A DNA stretch of 64,000 nucleotides, from contig CBDDOM010000002.1 in NCBI GenBank assembly GCA_965231875.1, positions 3,139,942 to 3,203,941 on the forward strand, in the 5' to 3' direction. The DNA is from Alphaproteobacteria bacterium (lineage in GTDB: Bacteria > Pseudomonadota > Alphaproteobacteria > MPNO01). The notes beneath the pieces were generated by a model. That model ran no database searches. It was not told the origin of the DNA and saw only the letters and a program-made list of their open reading frames with translations. Positions 28,015-36,322 of the stretch are shown here, piece by piece. Position numbers and translations under genes: made by a program. Position 1 is the stretch's first letter, and every line of letters begins with the position of its first letter.

Positions 28015-29379
28015 ATGGCAAATTACGATCCGAAAGCGCATCCGCTCATTACCTTCCACGATCGCGTCGCCGCGTTCCGCGAAGGCTCCGACACGCCGCG
28101 CGCCTTGCTCGAACGCTGCATCGAGGCGATCGAGGCGCGCGAGGACGAGATCATGGCCTGGGCCCGGTTCGATCCCGAAGGCGCGCGCAAGGCGGCGGAT
28201 GAATCGACCGCCCGCTACCGGGACGGCGCTCCGCTATCGCCCGTCGACGGGTTGCCGATCGGCATCAAGGACCTCATCGACACCGTCGACATGCCGACCG
28301 AGTACGGCTCGACGCTGTTCGCAGGCCACCGCCCGAAACAGGACGCGGCGGTCGTGCTCGCGCTCCGGGAAGGCGGGGCGGCGATCCTCGGCAAGACGGT
28401 GACCGTCACCTTCGGCGGCGGCGACCCGGCGAAGACGCGGAACCCGCACGACACGAGCCGGACGCCAGGGGGCTCGTCCAGCGGCACCGCCGCGGCGGTC
28501 GGCGCGCCCACGATTCCGGCCGCGATCGGCACCCATGCGCGCGGCTCGACGATCCGCCCGGCGAGCTTCTGCGGCGCCTACGCGCTCAAACCCACCTTCG
28601 GGGCGATCAACCGGCAGGGCGTGTTCTCCGCCGCCGACAGCATGGACCATCTCGGGACCTTCGCCGGGTCGCTCCGCGACGTCTGGATCGTCGCCCGCCA
28701 CATGGCGCGTCTGGCCGGCGGCGATCCCGGTCATCCGGGGCTCTACGGCGGGGCCGCCCCGCCCGCGCCCCGCAAGCCGATGCGGCTGGTCCGGCTGGAG
28801 ATGGCGGGATGGGCCCGGACCGACGACGCGACGAAGGCCGCGTTCGAAGAGGTCGTGGCGGGCCTCGCCGCTTCGGGGGTGGAAATCTTCGCAAAGGGCG
28901 ACGATCCGACGATCGACGAATACGAGGCGCTTCTCGCCCGAATGCCGGAGCTCTGGCGCGACCTCTACCGCTTCGAGATGCGCTGGCCGATGCTGCAATA
29001 CCTTGCCCTCTATCCGGACGACGTGCCGCCCCGGCTGAAGCGCGGGCTGGAAGAGGGGGCGGGGCTGACGCAGGAGACCTACCGCGCCGCTTTGGTCCGG
29101 CGCGCCTACGCCAGGAACCTCCACTCCGAGCTTGCCGAACGGGCCGACGGGTTCGTGACGCTGGCCTCGCCCGGCCCCGGCCCGGTGGGGATGGACCAGG
29201 GCAGCGCGATCTTCAACGAGCCGTCCTCGGTCATGGGCGCGCCGGCGCTGTCGCTGCCCCTGATGGCGGTGGACGGCGTGCCGGTGGGCGTACAGCTGAT
29301 GGGCCGGATCGGCGGCGACGAGGCGCTCACCGCTTGCGGGCTATGGGTCGCCGAGCACGTCCTCGGCCGGCCGGCGTAG
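28015..29379 (+). CDS. Amidase (amidase-signature family)
   Basis: GGSSSGTAAAVGAPTIPAAIGTHARGSTIRPASFCG signature; 454 aa. Confidence 0.85.
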   Translation: MANYDPKAHPLITFHDRVAAFREGSDTPRALLERCIEAIEAREDEIMAWARFDPEGARKAADESTARYRDGAPLSPVDGLPIGIKDLIDTVDMPTEYGSTLFAGHRPKQDAAVVLALREGGAAILGKTVTVTFGGGDPAKTRNPHDTSRTPGGSSSGTAAAVGAPTIPAAIGTHARGSTIRPASFCGAYALKPTFGAINRQGVFSAADSMDHLGTFAGSLRDVWIVARHMARLAGGDPGHPGLYGGAAPPAPRKPMRLVRLEMAGWARTDDATKAAFEEVVAGLAASGVEIFAKGDDPTIDEYEALLARMPELWRDLYRFEMRWPMLQYLALYPDDVPPRLKRGLEEGAGLTQETYRAALVRRAYARNLHSELAERADGFVTLASPGPGPVGMDQGSAIFNEPSSVMGAPALSLPLMAVDGVPVGVQLMGRIGGDEALTACGLWVAEHVLGRPA

Positions 29380-29382
29380 GTC

Positions 29383-29490
29383 CAGCCCTCCCCCGACCCC
29401 TCCCGCAAGCGGGAGGGGAGAAGGCAGGGAGGAGTCGCGGAGCGAGTCCCCTCTCCCCCGCGGGGAGAGGGTTAGGGTGAGGGGCCCCGC
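29383..29490. repeat. REP-A family repeat (two GC-rich hairpins)
   Basis: cccctcccgcaagcgggagggg hairpin plus ctctcccccgcggggagagg hairpin; 5 further copies in the window. Confidence 0.6.
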
Positions 29491-30024
29491 TCAGGTAATC
29501 GTCGGCGCGACCTCCGCCCGCCAGTCCTCGACCGGGCGGAAGGAGTCCTCGCCGCCGAACCTCGCCCTGGTGACTTCGTGGATCTCCTCGTCTGAGAGCG
29601 AGAAGTCCAGCACCTCGCGCTGGGGCTGCTGGACGTACCACGGCGTGTCCATGAACACCTCCAGCCGGTTGCCTTCCGGGTCGCGGAAATAGATCGACCA
29701 CGCGTTGCCGTGATCGGTGGGGTCGAACCCGTCCACGCCCTCGGCCGTCAGCGCGTCGTGATAGACGCGGAGGTCGTCGAGCGACGACACCTTGAACGAG
29801 ATCTGGTTGATCGTGTTGTAGGACTCCGCCGGCCGCCCGGTGATGAACACGATCTGGTGGTGATGCCCAGCGTTGCGGCTGAGGAACGCCATCCGGCTCT
29901 CGCCGAAGTCTCCGCCGTCGGTGATCTTGAAGCCGAGCACCCGGCGGTAGAAATCCGTCATCCGGTCGAGATCGGTCACGTACACGCCGATATGGCCCAT
30001 CTCGAATCTGGGAGCATCCGTCAT
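29491..30024 (-). CDS. VOC-family (glyoxalase/bleomycin-resistance/extradiol dioxygenase fold) protein
   Basis: 177 aa; two beta-alpha-beta-beta-beta modules with HIGVYVTDLDR and EGNRLEVF motifs. Confidence 0.7.
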   Translation of the reverse strand: MTDAPRFEMGHIGVYVTDLDRMTDFYRRVLGFKITDGGDFGESRMAFLSRNAGHHHQIVFITGRPAESYNTINQISFKVSSLDDLRVYHDALTAEGVDGFDPTDHGNAWSIYFRDPEGNRLEVFMDTPWYVQQPQREVLDFSLSDEEIHEVTRARFGGEDSFRPVEDWRAEVAPTIT

Positions 30025-30276
30025 CGCGGTTTCCTTTCTCTCGCGCCGACAGTCCGTGCGGTTTTCTTAACCGACCGCGGCGCAAAAGACAAAGGCGTCG
30101 GGCAGTACCGCGAGCCGGTTCGCCGCTCCGCCGTGCTGGCGCGGCACCGGCCGGAATGCCGCATGGGGCGATTTCGGCTGCTGGACGGCGGGTTTGGAGG
30201 CAGTCCCAGAAGGGAGAAAAAAGTCCATAAAATCAGGTCATTACGCATAAAAATATCCGTATAAGGTATTTTTCTC

Positions 30277-30305
30277 TTGACCCGGGACGCGTTTCGGGGT
30301 ATATT
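30277..30305 (+). promoter_or_regulatory. Strong sigma70-like promoter (TTGACC-17nt-TATATT) in an AT-rich patch
   Basis: ttgacc 30277-30282, 17-nt spacer, tatatt 30300-30305; about 85 nt upstream of ATG 30392. Confidence 0.45.
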
Positions 30306-30322
30306 TCGCACAGTCGAGAAGT

Positions 30323-30356
30323 GGGGGCGCCGGAGCTTCCGGCGCCCCTTTTCTTT
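30323..30356 (+). terminator. Intrinsic-terminator-like hairpin in the leader between the promoter and ATG 30392
   Basis: gggggcgccgg agctt ccggcgcccc followed by ttttcttt. Confidence 0.45.
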
Positions 30357-30391
30357 CCCGCACCCCCACATCGCAAACGGAGCACCCCCCG

Positions 30392-31174
30392 ATGGACGAT
30401 CGGCCTCTCGGATATCTCGAACCCGTCGAGACCGCCAGCGTATGGAAAAGCGAGGCGGGCGATTTCGTGCCCTGGCTCGCCGCGCCGGTAAACCTGCGCT
30501 GTCTCGGCAACGCGCTCGGGCTCAAGCTCGAACCGGTGGCGCGGGAAAACCCGGTCGGGATTTTCCGCGCCGATCTCCTGTGCCGCGACCGCGACACCGG
30601 GGCCGCGGTGGTGGTCGAGGCCCAGCTCGGATCCTCCGACCACCGTCATCTCGGCCAGATCCTGACCTATGCCTTCGGTCTCGGGACCCGCGCCGTCGTC
30701 TGGATCGCTTCCCGTTTCCACCCGGAACACCGGCTCGTTCTCGACCGGATCAACGAGGTCGGCGCCTCCGAGCTGGGGTGCTTCGCCGTCGAGGTGGATC
30801 TGTGGAAGATCGGCGCGTCGCCCGCCGCGCCCCGGTTTACCGTCGTCGCCGAACCCCGCGATTGGCCCTTCCCCGTCGCCGACTGGCCCGACGACCGGAC
30901 CGCCGCGGCGGATGCCGCGCACCCGCGGCCGTCCGAAGACAGCCCGCTCAGGGCCTGGCGCAAGCGCACCGGCCTGTCGATGAAGCAGCTGGCCGCCGCC
31001 GCCGGCATCAGCTGCGCCTACCTGTCGCATATCGAGATCGGCAGGAAGCCGGGCACGCCGGAGATGCGCGCCGCCATCGCCAGAGCGCTCGCCGCGGCCG
31101 GCGGCACCGACCCGTTCGTGCCGCCCCGCGCCATGCAGACCGACGTCGGCGAGCGGAGGGGAACGGAAGCATGA
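30392..31174 (+). CDS. Fusion protein: N-terminal PD-(D/E)xK-like nuclease-fold domain plus C-terminal XRE-family helix-turn-helix
   Basis: FRADLLCRD...AAVVVEAQLGSSDH resembles restriction-endonuclease-fold core; C-terminus LRAWRKRTGLSMKQLAAAAGISCAYLSHIEIG is a classic XRE HTH. Confidence 0.45.
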   Translation: MDDRPLGYLEPVETASVWKSEAGDFVPWLAAPVNLRCLGNALGLKLEPVARENPVGIFRADLLCRDRDTGAAVVVEAQLGSSDHRHLGQILTYAFGLGTRAVVWIASRFHPEHRLVLDRINEVGASELGCFAVEVDLWKIGASPAAPRFTVVAEPRDWPFPVADWPDDRTAAADAAHPRPSEDSPLRAWRKRTGLSMKQLAAAAGISCAYLSHIEIGRKPGTPEMRAAIARALAAAGGTDPFVPPRAMQTDVGERRGTEA

Positions 31175-31224
31175 CCGCCTCCAGCGGGCGCGCCCTTGTC
31201 CCGCCCTCCCTCCGACTTCCCCTC

Positions 31225-31335
31225 GTCATGCCCGGACTTGTTCCGGGCATCCACGTCCTTCCGCCGCCTCGTCCGCTCCCGGCTCACACCGCGATGCCGC
31301 AAGACGTGGATATCCGGAACAAGTCCGGGCATGAC
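31225..31335. repeat. REP-B family, near-perfect 111-bp palindrome
   Basis: gtcatgcccggacttgttccgggcatccacgtc ... gacgtggatatccggaacaagtccgggcatgac. Confidence 0.6.
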
Positions 31336-31418
31336 GACAAAGAGGGCGGTGGGACGGGGCGGCGTTCCCGTCGCCGAACGCACCAGCCCACCGCCCGTCA
31401 ACCTTTCGGGGTAATCCC

Positions 31419-32240
31419 CTAAAAAAACGCGATCGTCCGCATCTCGATGCTCTCGCGCTCCGGCGCGCCGTCCGGGGTGTGCGGATCCTCGAAGGCGGTG
31501 TGGGCGGTGAAGCGGGCGCGGCCGTCGTTCTCGGAGTCGTAGACCTTGAACACCAGCGCCTCGTCGCGGGTCATGCGCGGGAAGTAGTACCACTTGTGAT
31601 CGGGCGCCCAGGAAACCTGGTAGGTCTCGCCCACCCGGTCGGGATAGCGGCGTTCGGAAGCGACGAGGTCTTTCGGCGCCAGGCTGCGCGCGTCGGCGAT
31701 GGCGAGCGGGTGGGATTCGATGGGCTTCGTGATCGCGCGCCACACCTGGACGATGGCGAAACGGCGCTTCAAGAGCTCCTCCGCCTCGTCGGGCAGCAGG
31801 TCGCGGACGCGCTGGGGGCCCGACCATTCGGTGTAATCGTTGTGCACCTGGGTGACCGGCTCGCGGACCTTGCGCGCCTCGCGTGTCTCCTCGCTGCCCG
31901 AGCGCAGCGTGTGGTCGAAGATCAGCACCCGCCTGGCGCCGGTCTCCCGCTTGATGAGTTCCTCGACCTCCGGGTAGTAGGTGGACGCCAGATCCTCGGG
32001 GTTGAAGAAGTCCCCGGTCGCCGTCTCGTGGTCGACGAAGACGAACCCGGTCTCCTCCAGCGAGAACGCGTCGCGCAACGGCCGCCCGTTGCGGATCGTC
32101 ATCTCGCGCGTCTCGTATTTGCCGGTTCGGACACGGGCCATGTTGCCCGTCTCCATGGTCCGGTTGACCGGCTTCACGCCGGTATCGACGACGTAGTTCA
32201 GCGCGGCGGTCACGGCGTCGATCGCGGCGGTGTCCGGCAT
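31419..32240 (-). CDS. Hypothetical protein, possibly CmcJ/NvfI-like oxidoreductase family
   Basis: 273-aa ORF with good coding periodicity; family assignment from memory only. Confidence 0.35.
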   Translation of the reverse strand: MPDTAAIDAVTAALNYVVDTGVKPVNRTMETGNMARVRTGKYETREMTIRNGRPLRDAFSLEETGFVFVDHETATGDFFNPEDLASTYYPEVEELIKRETGARRVLIFDHTLRSGSEETREARKVREPVTQVHNDYTEWSGPQRVRDLLPDEAEELLKRRFAIVQVWRAITKPIESHPLAIADARSLAPKDLVASERRYPDRVGETYQVSWAPDHKWYYFPRMTRDEALVFKVYDSENDGRARFTAHTAFEDPHTPDGAPERESIEMRTIAFF

Positions 32241-32444
32241 GGCGTTGCTCCCCGTTCTTACCGTTCCGATTTCATCGCAGCGACATAGGACGATGCGTCC
32301 GCGCGGGCAACCCGCCCCTCGATACGGCGCTGGCGCGCCTGCTCGGGATGAGGAGAAATTGCGGCCGACAACAAAATCTCCCTCATCCTGAGTAGCGGCG
32401 AAGCCGCGTATCGAAGGGGCTTATCCGGATAGTTTGACGTGCGT

Positions 32445-32505
32445 CCGCCCTCCCCCGGCCCCTCCCGCAAGCGGGAGGGGGGAAGGCAAGGAGCGCCCGG
32501 CGACA
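32445..32505. repeat. REP-A family, partial copy (first hairpin only)
   Basis: gccctcccccggcccctcccgcaagcgggaggggggaaggcaagg. Confidence 0.45.
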
Positions 32506-32525
32506 CCAGGTAAGGCGGACGCGCG

Positions 32526-33932
32526 CTACGCCAACGGCGGGCGGCGGTCGGTCGTCGGGTGCGCCGCCTCGTAGGCCCGTGCCGCGCGCAGCACCGTGGC
32601 CTCGTCATGGTACTGGCCGACGATCTGGAGTCCCACCGGGAGCCCCGCCTCGGTGAAGCCGCAGGGAACCGACATCGCCGGCTGGCCGGTCAGGTTGAAC
32701 GGGTAGGTGAAGGGCGACCATTCCATCCAGTTTTCCGGGTCGTAGCCGTCCGGCGACAGCCGCCCCGTCTCGAAGGGCGGCACCGCCATGGTCGGCGTGA
32801 CCAGAACGTCGCAAGTCTCGAGGAACTGCTTGGCCGCGCGCGAGAACGCGACGCGCCAGTCGATGGCCTCCATGTATTCGGCGCGTCCGATTTCGCGCGC
32901 TTGTTCGAGTATGGGAAGGATGCCGGGGTCTATCAGGTCGCGCTGCTCCGGCGTCAGGTTCCTGAGCGCGTGCGAGATGCCGGAGAAGAAGTGGATCCGG
33001 AAACACTCGCTCGGATTCTCGAAAGGCACGTCGACCTGCTCGACATCGGCGCCGAGCGCCTCCAGCGCCCCGGCGGCCTTCGCGGCCAGCCGCGCCACTT
33101 CGGGATCGACCCGCCCGTAGCCCAGCGTCGGGCTGAAGGCGACGCGGAGTCCCCGTACGCCGTCCTCGATTCCGTCCCGGAAGTCGCGCCCGTCCCAGGG
33201 CAGGTTCGCGGGATCGCGCGCGTCCGGTTTCGCCATGACGTTCAGCATTAGCGCGGCGTCGGCCACCGTCCGCGTCATCGGGCCGATATTGCTGAGCGTG
33301 CCGGCCGCGCTCAACGGGTAGTTCGCGACCCGCCCGTAGGACGCCTTGATCGCGACCAGGCCGCAGAAACTGCCGGGAATGCGGACCGAACCGCCCGCGT
33401 CGGTGCCGATCGCCGCGTTGCCGATGCCGGCCGCGAGCGCCGCCGCCGACCCGCCGCTCGACCCGCCGGGCGTCATGGCGAGGTTCCACGGGTTCCGCGT
33501 GATGCCGGTCAGCGGGCAGTCGTTGACGCCCTTCCAGCCGAATTCCGGCATCGTGGTCTTGCCGATGACGATCGCGCCGGCTTCCCGGACGCGCGCGACC
33601 GCGGGCGAATCCTCGGTATCCGGCGTGCCGGGATCGGACAGCTTCGAGCCCCGGAGCGTCGCCCAGCCGGTGGCGAGGATGGCGTCCTTGACGGTGATCG
33701 GCACGCCGTCGAGGGGGCCGGCCGGGGCTCCCTCCGCCCAGCGCCGCTCCGCCTGCCGCGCGGCCCCCAGCGCTTCGTCTTCGTCGAGCAGGTGGCAAAA
33801 CGCGTTGAGGTCCGCTTCGTGGCGGTCGATGCGCCGATAGGCGGTCCGCACCGCATCGACCGGGGACAGCCGTTTCGTTTCGAACGACGCGACCAGATCG
33901 GTCAGCGCCATGAAGGCGGTGGTTTCGGTCAT
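32526..33932 (-). CDS. Amidase (amidase-signature family), third paralog
   Basis: GGSSGGSAAALAAGIGNAAIGTDAGGSVRIPGSFCG; 468 aa. Confidence 0.85.
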   Translation of the reverse strand: MTETTAFMALTDLVASFETKRLSPVDAVRTAYRRIDRHEADLNAFCHLLDEDEALGAARQAERRWAEGAPAGPLDGVPITVKDAILATGWATLRGSKLSDPGTPDTEDSPAVARVREAGAIVIGKTTMPEFGWKGVNDCPLTGITRNPWNLAMTPGGSSGGSAAALAAGIGNAAIGTDAGGSVRIPGSFCGLVAIKASYGRVANYPLSAAGTLSNIGPMTRTVADAALMLNVMAKPDARDPANLPWDGRDFRDGIEDGVRGLRVAFSPTLGYGRVDPEVARLAAKAAGALEALGADVEQVDVPFENPSECFRIHFFSGISHALRNLTPEQRDLIDPGILPILEQAREIGRAEYMEAIDWRVAFSRAAKQFLETCDVLVTPTMAVPPFETGRLSPDGYDPENWMEWSPFTYPFNLTGQPAMSVPCGFTEAGLPVGLQIVGQYHDEATVLRAARAYEAAHPTTDRRPPLA

Positions 33933-33985
33933 CGGAGCCTCGCGCTGTCGGGCCGCCGCCCGGCGGACGGCCCGGGGTTTCGGTC

Positions 33986-34366
33986 GTGCCTCACTTTGAA
34001 ATCCGGCCTGTCATGGCCCGGCCCGGCATCCTATATGCTTCGCGGGAAGCATGGGAGACCGTCATGAATGGCAGTGCCGAGTTGGAGGAATTCGTCGATG
34101 AGTCGATTCGCAAATCGAGCGAGCATGGCTATCTTCCCACCGCCTTTGTCGGGATGCGCGGTCGCCTCGGGACGGTAGGCGCGATCGATCGCCTGGTGCG
34201 GAACGGGGACATTCAGAGTGGCTTCAAACGGCTGGAGGCTCTGGGGCTTCTGGAGTGGACTGTCGAGACAGCCGTATTGCAGTTCCCCGGCGAATTCTCG
34301 AGGGAGGTTCGAGAGGCTGCTGAATGGAGGCTCTCGCAAGCAAGATCGGGAGAACGGAGTCCCTGA
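33986..34366 (+). CDS. Hypothetical protein
   Basis: 126-aa ORF (or 99 aa from MNGSAELEE); convergent with fic; no family recognised. Confidence 0.3.
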   Translation: MPHFEIRPVMARPGILYASREAWETVMNGSAELEEFVDESIRKSSEHGYLPTAFVGMRGRLGTVGAIDRLVRNGDIQSGFKRLEALGLLEWTVETAVLQFPGEFSREVREAAEWRLSQARSGERSP

Positions 34367-34409
34367 AGGGCCGCACGCGCATAGGCGTCCCGTCGACCGG
34401 CCCGGTCGA

Positions 34410-35573
34410 TCAAAATCCCGGCAGCCGAGGCGACTCGTGGCCCGAGACTTCCGGCAAATCGTATGGATCGGGAACGGTTCTATTTCGTCGTGCTCGTTCT
34501 CTTACCTCTTTGAGTTCCTTGCCGGCTGTATAATACCTACCTCGCTTCTCTCCATGCGGGATCAGGATTTCTAAATCGGTCAAGACCCTCAAATCCCGAC
34601 CGGCGACGTACGAGCTTGCTTCGGTCTCATTTTGATATCTTGAATTGGTCACTCGGATTCCGAGCGCGGCGTTGAATAGCGGTATTGTCATCCTTTCAAT
34701 TAGTCCCTCTCGTTCAATGAGTTTTTCTATACTGTTGAAAACGGACTCGTACTCTTCAAATCGTCGGATGAACGTATGCGCTTGCTGATAGTGCGCCTTA
34801 AGGCAGAATCTGACCCATGGGAGCGCGGAATTCGCCGGGTTCCATCCCCCTTTCCCGACTTCATCAAGAACGTGGTAATACTCTTGAGTATTGCGACCCA
34901 GCCACTCTTCGATGCTGGAGAAGAGAGGATGTATAAGTCCTTCCCGTGCGAGCACCAAAGTTTGTAGGGCTCGGGCCGTTCGCCCGTTACCGTCCCGGAA
35001 TGGATGAATCATTGTCAAATTCAGATGTGCCATAGCCGCAGCTACAACGACTGACTGGTGGTTTTGGTTGTCGAGGTAGTCCACCAACTCACGGACCAGC
35101 GGGTCGACTTTTTCAACATCCGGTGCTTCATACACGATCGCTCCGCTCTCCTGGTTCACCACATTGACCGCCCCAGGCCTCCACTTCCCCGGATATGCCG
35201 ACAAATCAAACTGCGTCATCATAAAATGCAGGCTTTTCAGAAATTGCTTGCTGAATTCAAAGAAGGGATCTTCGGCCGCCTGTATGATGTAGGTCAATGC
35301 GTCCCTGTAGCCATTGATGGCGGCCCAAGTCTCCGTCTTCTCGTCCAAGGGAGGTTCATCTTCTACCGCGGCCATGGCTTCGTCCATCGAGGCGTTGTAT
35401 CCCTCGATTGCATTCGACCCCTGAATCACACGCGCAAGGGTGCTTTTCCGAAGGGTTCCGTACCAACGGCGGGGGTTGTTCTGCGTAGGAATTTTCAGAC
35501 GTTTCCTTTGATTCTTAAGGATTTCCAGCACCCTGTGGTCTTCCGCCGACAAGGTGGGTTCAGTGAAGATCAT
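34410..35573 (-). CDS. fic: Fic/DOC family protein (class II, N-terminal inhibitory helix)
   Basis: HPFRDGNGRTARAL FIC motif; N-terminal SNAIEG matches the [ST]xxxE[GN] inhibitory motif; gene region clearly lower GC. Confidence 0.85.
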   Translation of the reverse strand: MIFTEPTLSAEDHRVLEILKNQRKRLKIPTQNNPRRWYGTLRKSTLARVIQGSNAIEGYNASMDEAMAAVEDEPPLDEKTETWAAINGYRDALTYIIQAAEDPFFEFSKQFLKSLHFMMTQFDLSAYPGKWRPGAVNVVNQESGAIVYEAPDVEKVDPLVRELVDYLDNQNHQSVVVAAAMAHLNLTMIHPFRDGNGRTARALQTLVLAREGLIHPLFSSIEEWLGRNTQEYYHVLDEVGKGGWNPANSALPWVRFCLKAHYQQAHTFIRRFEEYESVFNSIEKLIEREGLIERMTIPLFNAALGIRVTNSRYQNETEASSYVAGRDLRVLTDLEILIPHGEKRGRYYTAGKELKEVRERARRNRTVPDPYDLPEVSGHESPRLPGF

Positions 35574-35607
35574 GCCCGATATCCATTTTTATATTGGCAA
35601 TTTGCAG

Positions 35608-35636
35608 ATATATATCTTGCAATTTGCAGAAGTCAA
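35608..35636 (-). promoter_or_regulatory. Putative fic promoter (TTGACT-17-ATATAT on minus strand) overlapped by two 12-bp direct repeats gcaatttgcaga
   Basis: Reverse complement reads attgacttctgcaaattgcaagatatatat; repeats at 35597-35608 and 35619-35630. Confidence 0.35.
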
Positions 35637-35689
35637 TCTATATTTCTGGCATGAACAAGCTCGCATTCACGACCCGCAAGCTGATCGTC

Positions 35690-36040
35690 TAGTGCCTGGT
35701 GGAAGGCCAGAGCATCCGCACCACAGCCCGGCCAGCCGATGTCTCCAAGAACCCGTGGCCAAGCTACCGATCGACGCTGGCAAGGCCTGCGTCGACTATC
35801 GGGACAAGGCGCTGCGCGATCTGTCATGCCGGTGCATTCAGGTCGAGGAAATCCGGTCCTTCATCCACGCGAAGGAAAAGAACGCAGCTGGCGCCAAGCC
35901 CGTCTCGACGGAAGCCGGCGACGTCTGGACCTGGACGGCGAATTGCGCGGACACCGAGCCGGTTCCGTCATGGCGGGTCGGGGCTCGCATTTCGGCGCGC
36001 CGGCATCGCTCGTCGCCGTCGCCGGTGTCGCCCCGGTTTC
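35690..36040 (+). pseudogene. IS1/IS1595-like transposase remnant (DDE-domain fragment)
   Basis: Translated CIQVEEIRSFIHAKEKN...GDVWTWTANCADTEPVPSWRVGAR resembles the (Q/E)xDE(x)WSFVGKK...WxWxAxDxxT...G.R core of IS1-type transposases; no intact ORF or start. Confidence 0.35.
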
Positions 36041-36046
36041 CTCCAA

Positions 36047-36322
36047 CGTCATGCCCGGACTCGTTCCGGGCACCCACGTCCATCCACCACCTCGCCCGCT
36101 CCCACGCTTGACGCGTTGCCCGACCCGTGGATGCCCGGAACGAGTCCACTGCTGTCCGGTTTAACTTCGGGACGGACTCTGTGCCGAAGGGCGAGACCGT
36201 CTTCGCCCCCTTCTTGTCACCCCGGATTTGTTCCGGGGTCCAGGCCTGCCCCGGACTCCGTTCCGGGATCCGGGGAAAGCCGGGCGAGAGCGATGCCTGA
36301 CAGTCTGGACCCCGGAACAAGT
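36047..36322. repeat. REP-B family composite repeat, interrupted at its 3' end by the IS
   Basis: gtcatgcccggactcgttccgggcacccacgtc ... gtcaccccggatttgttccggggtccaggcctgccccgga, parallel to 15612..15768 and 43683..43765. Confidence 0.5.

Noticed and set aside
35554-36111. 185-aa ORF read as an intact gene
   Set aside because: Only a middle segment resembles a transposase DDE region. The N-terminus overlaps the fic promoter/start and the C-terminus runs into REP-B sequence. Treated as a decayed IS remnant (pseudogene) instead.
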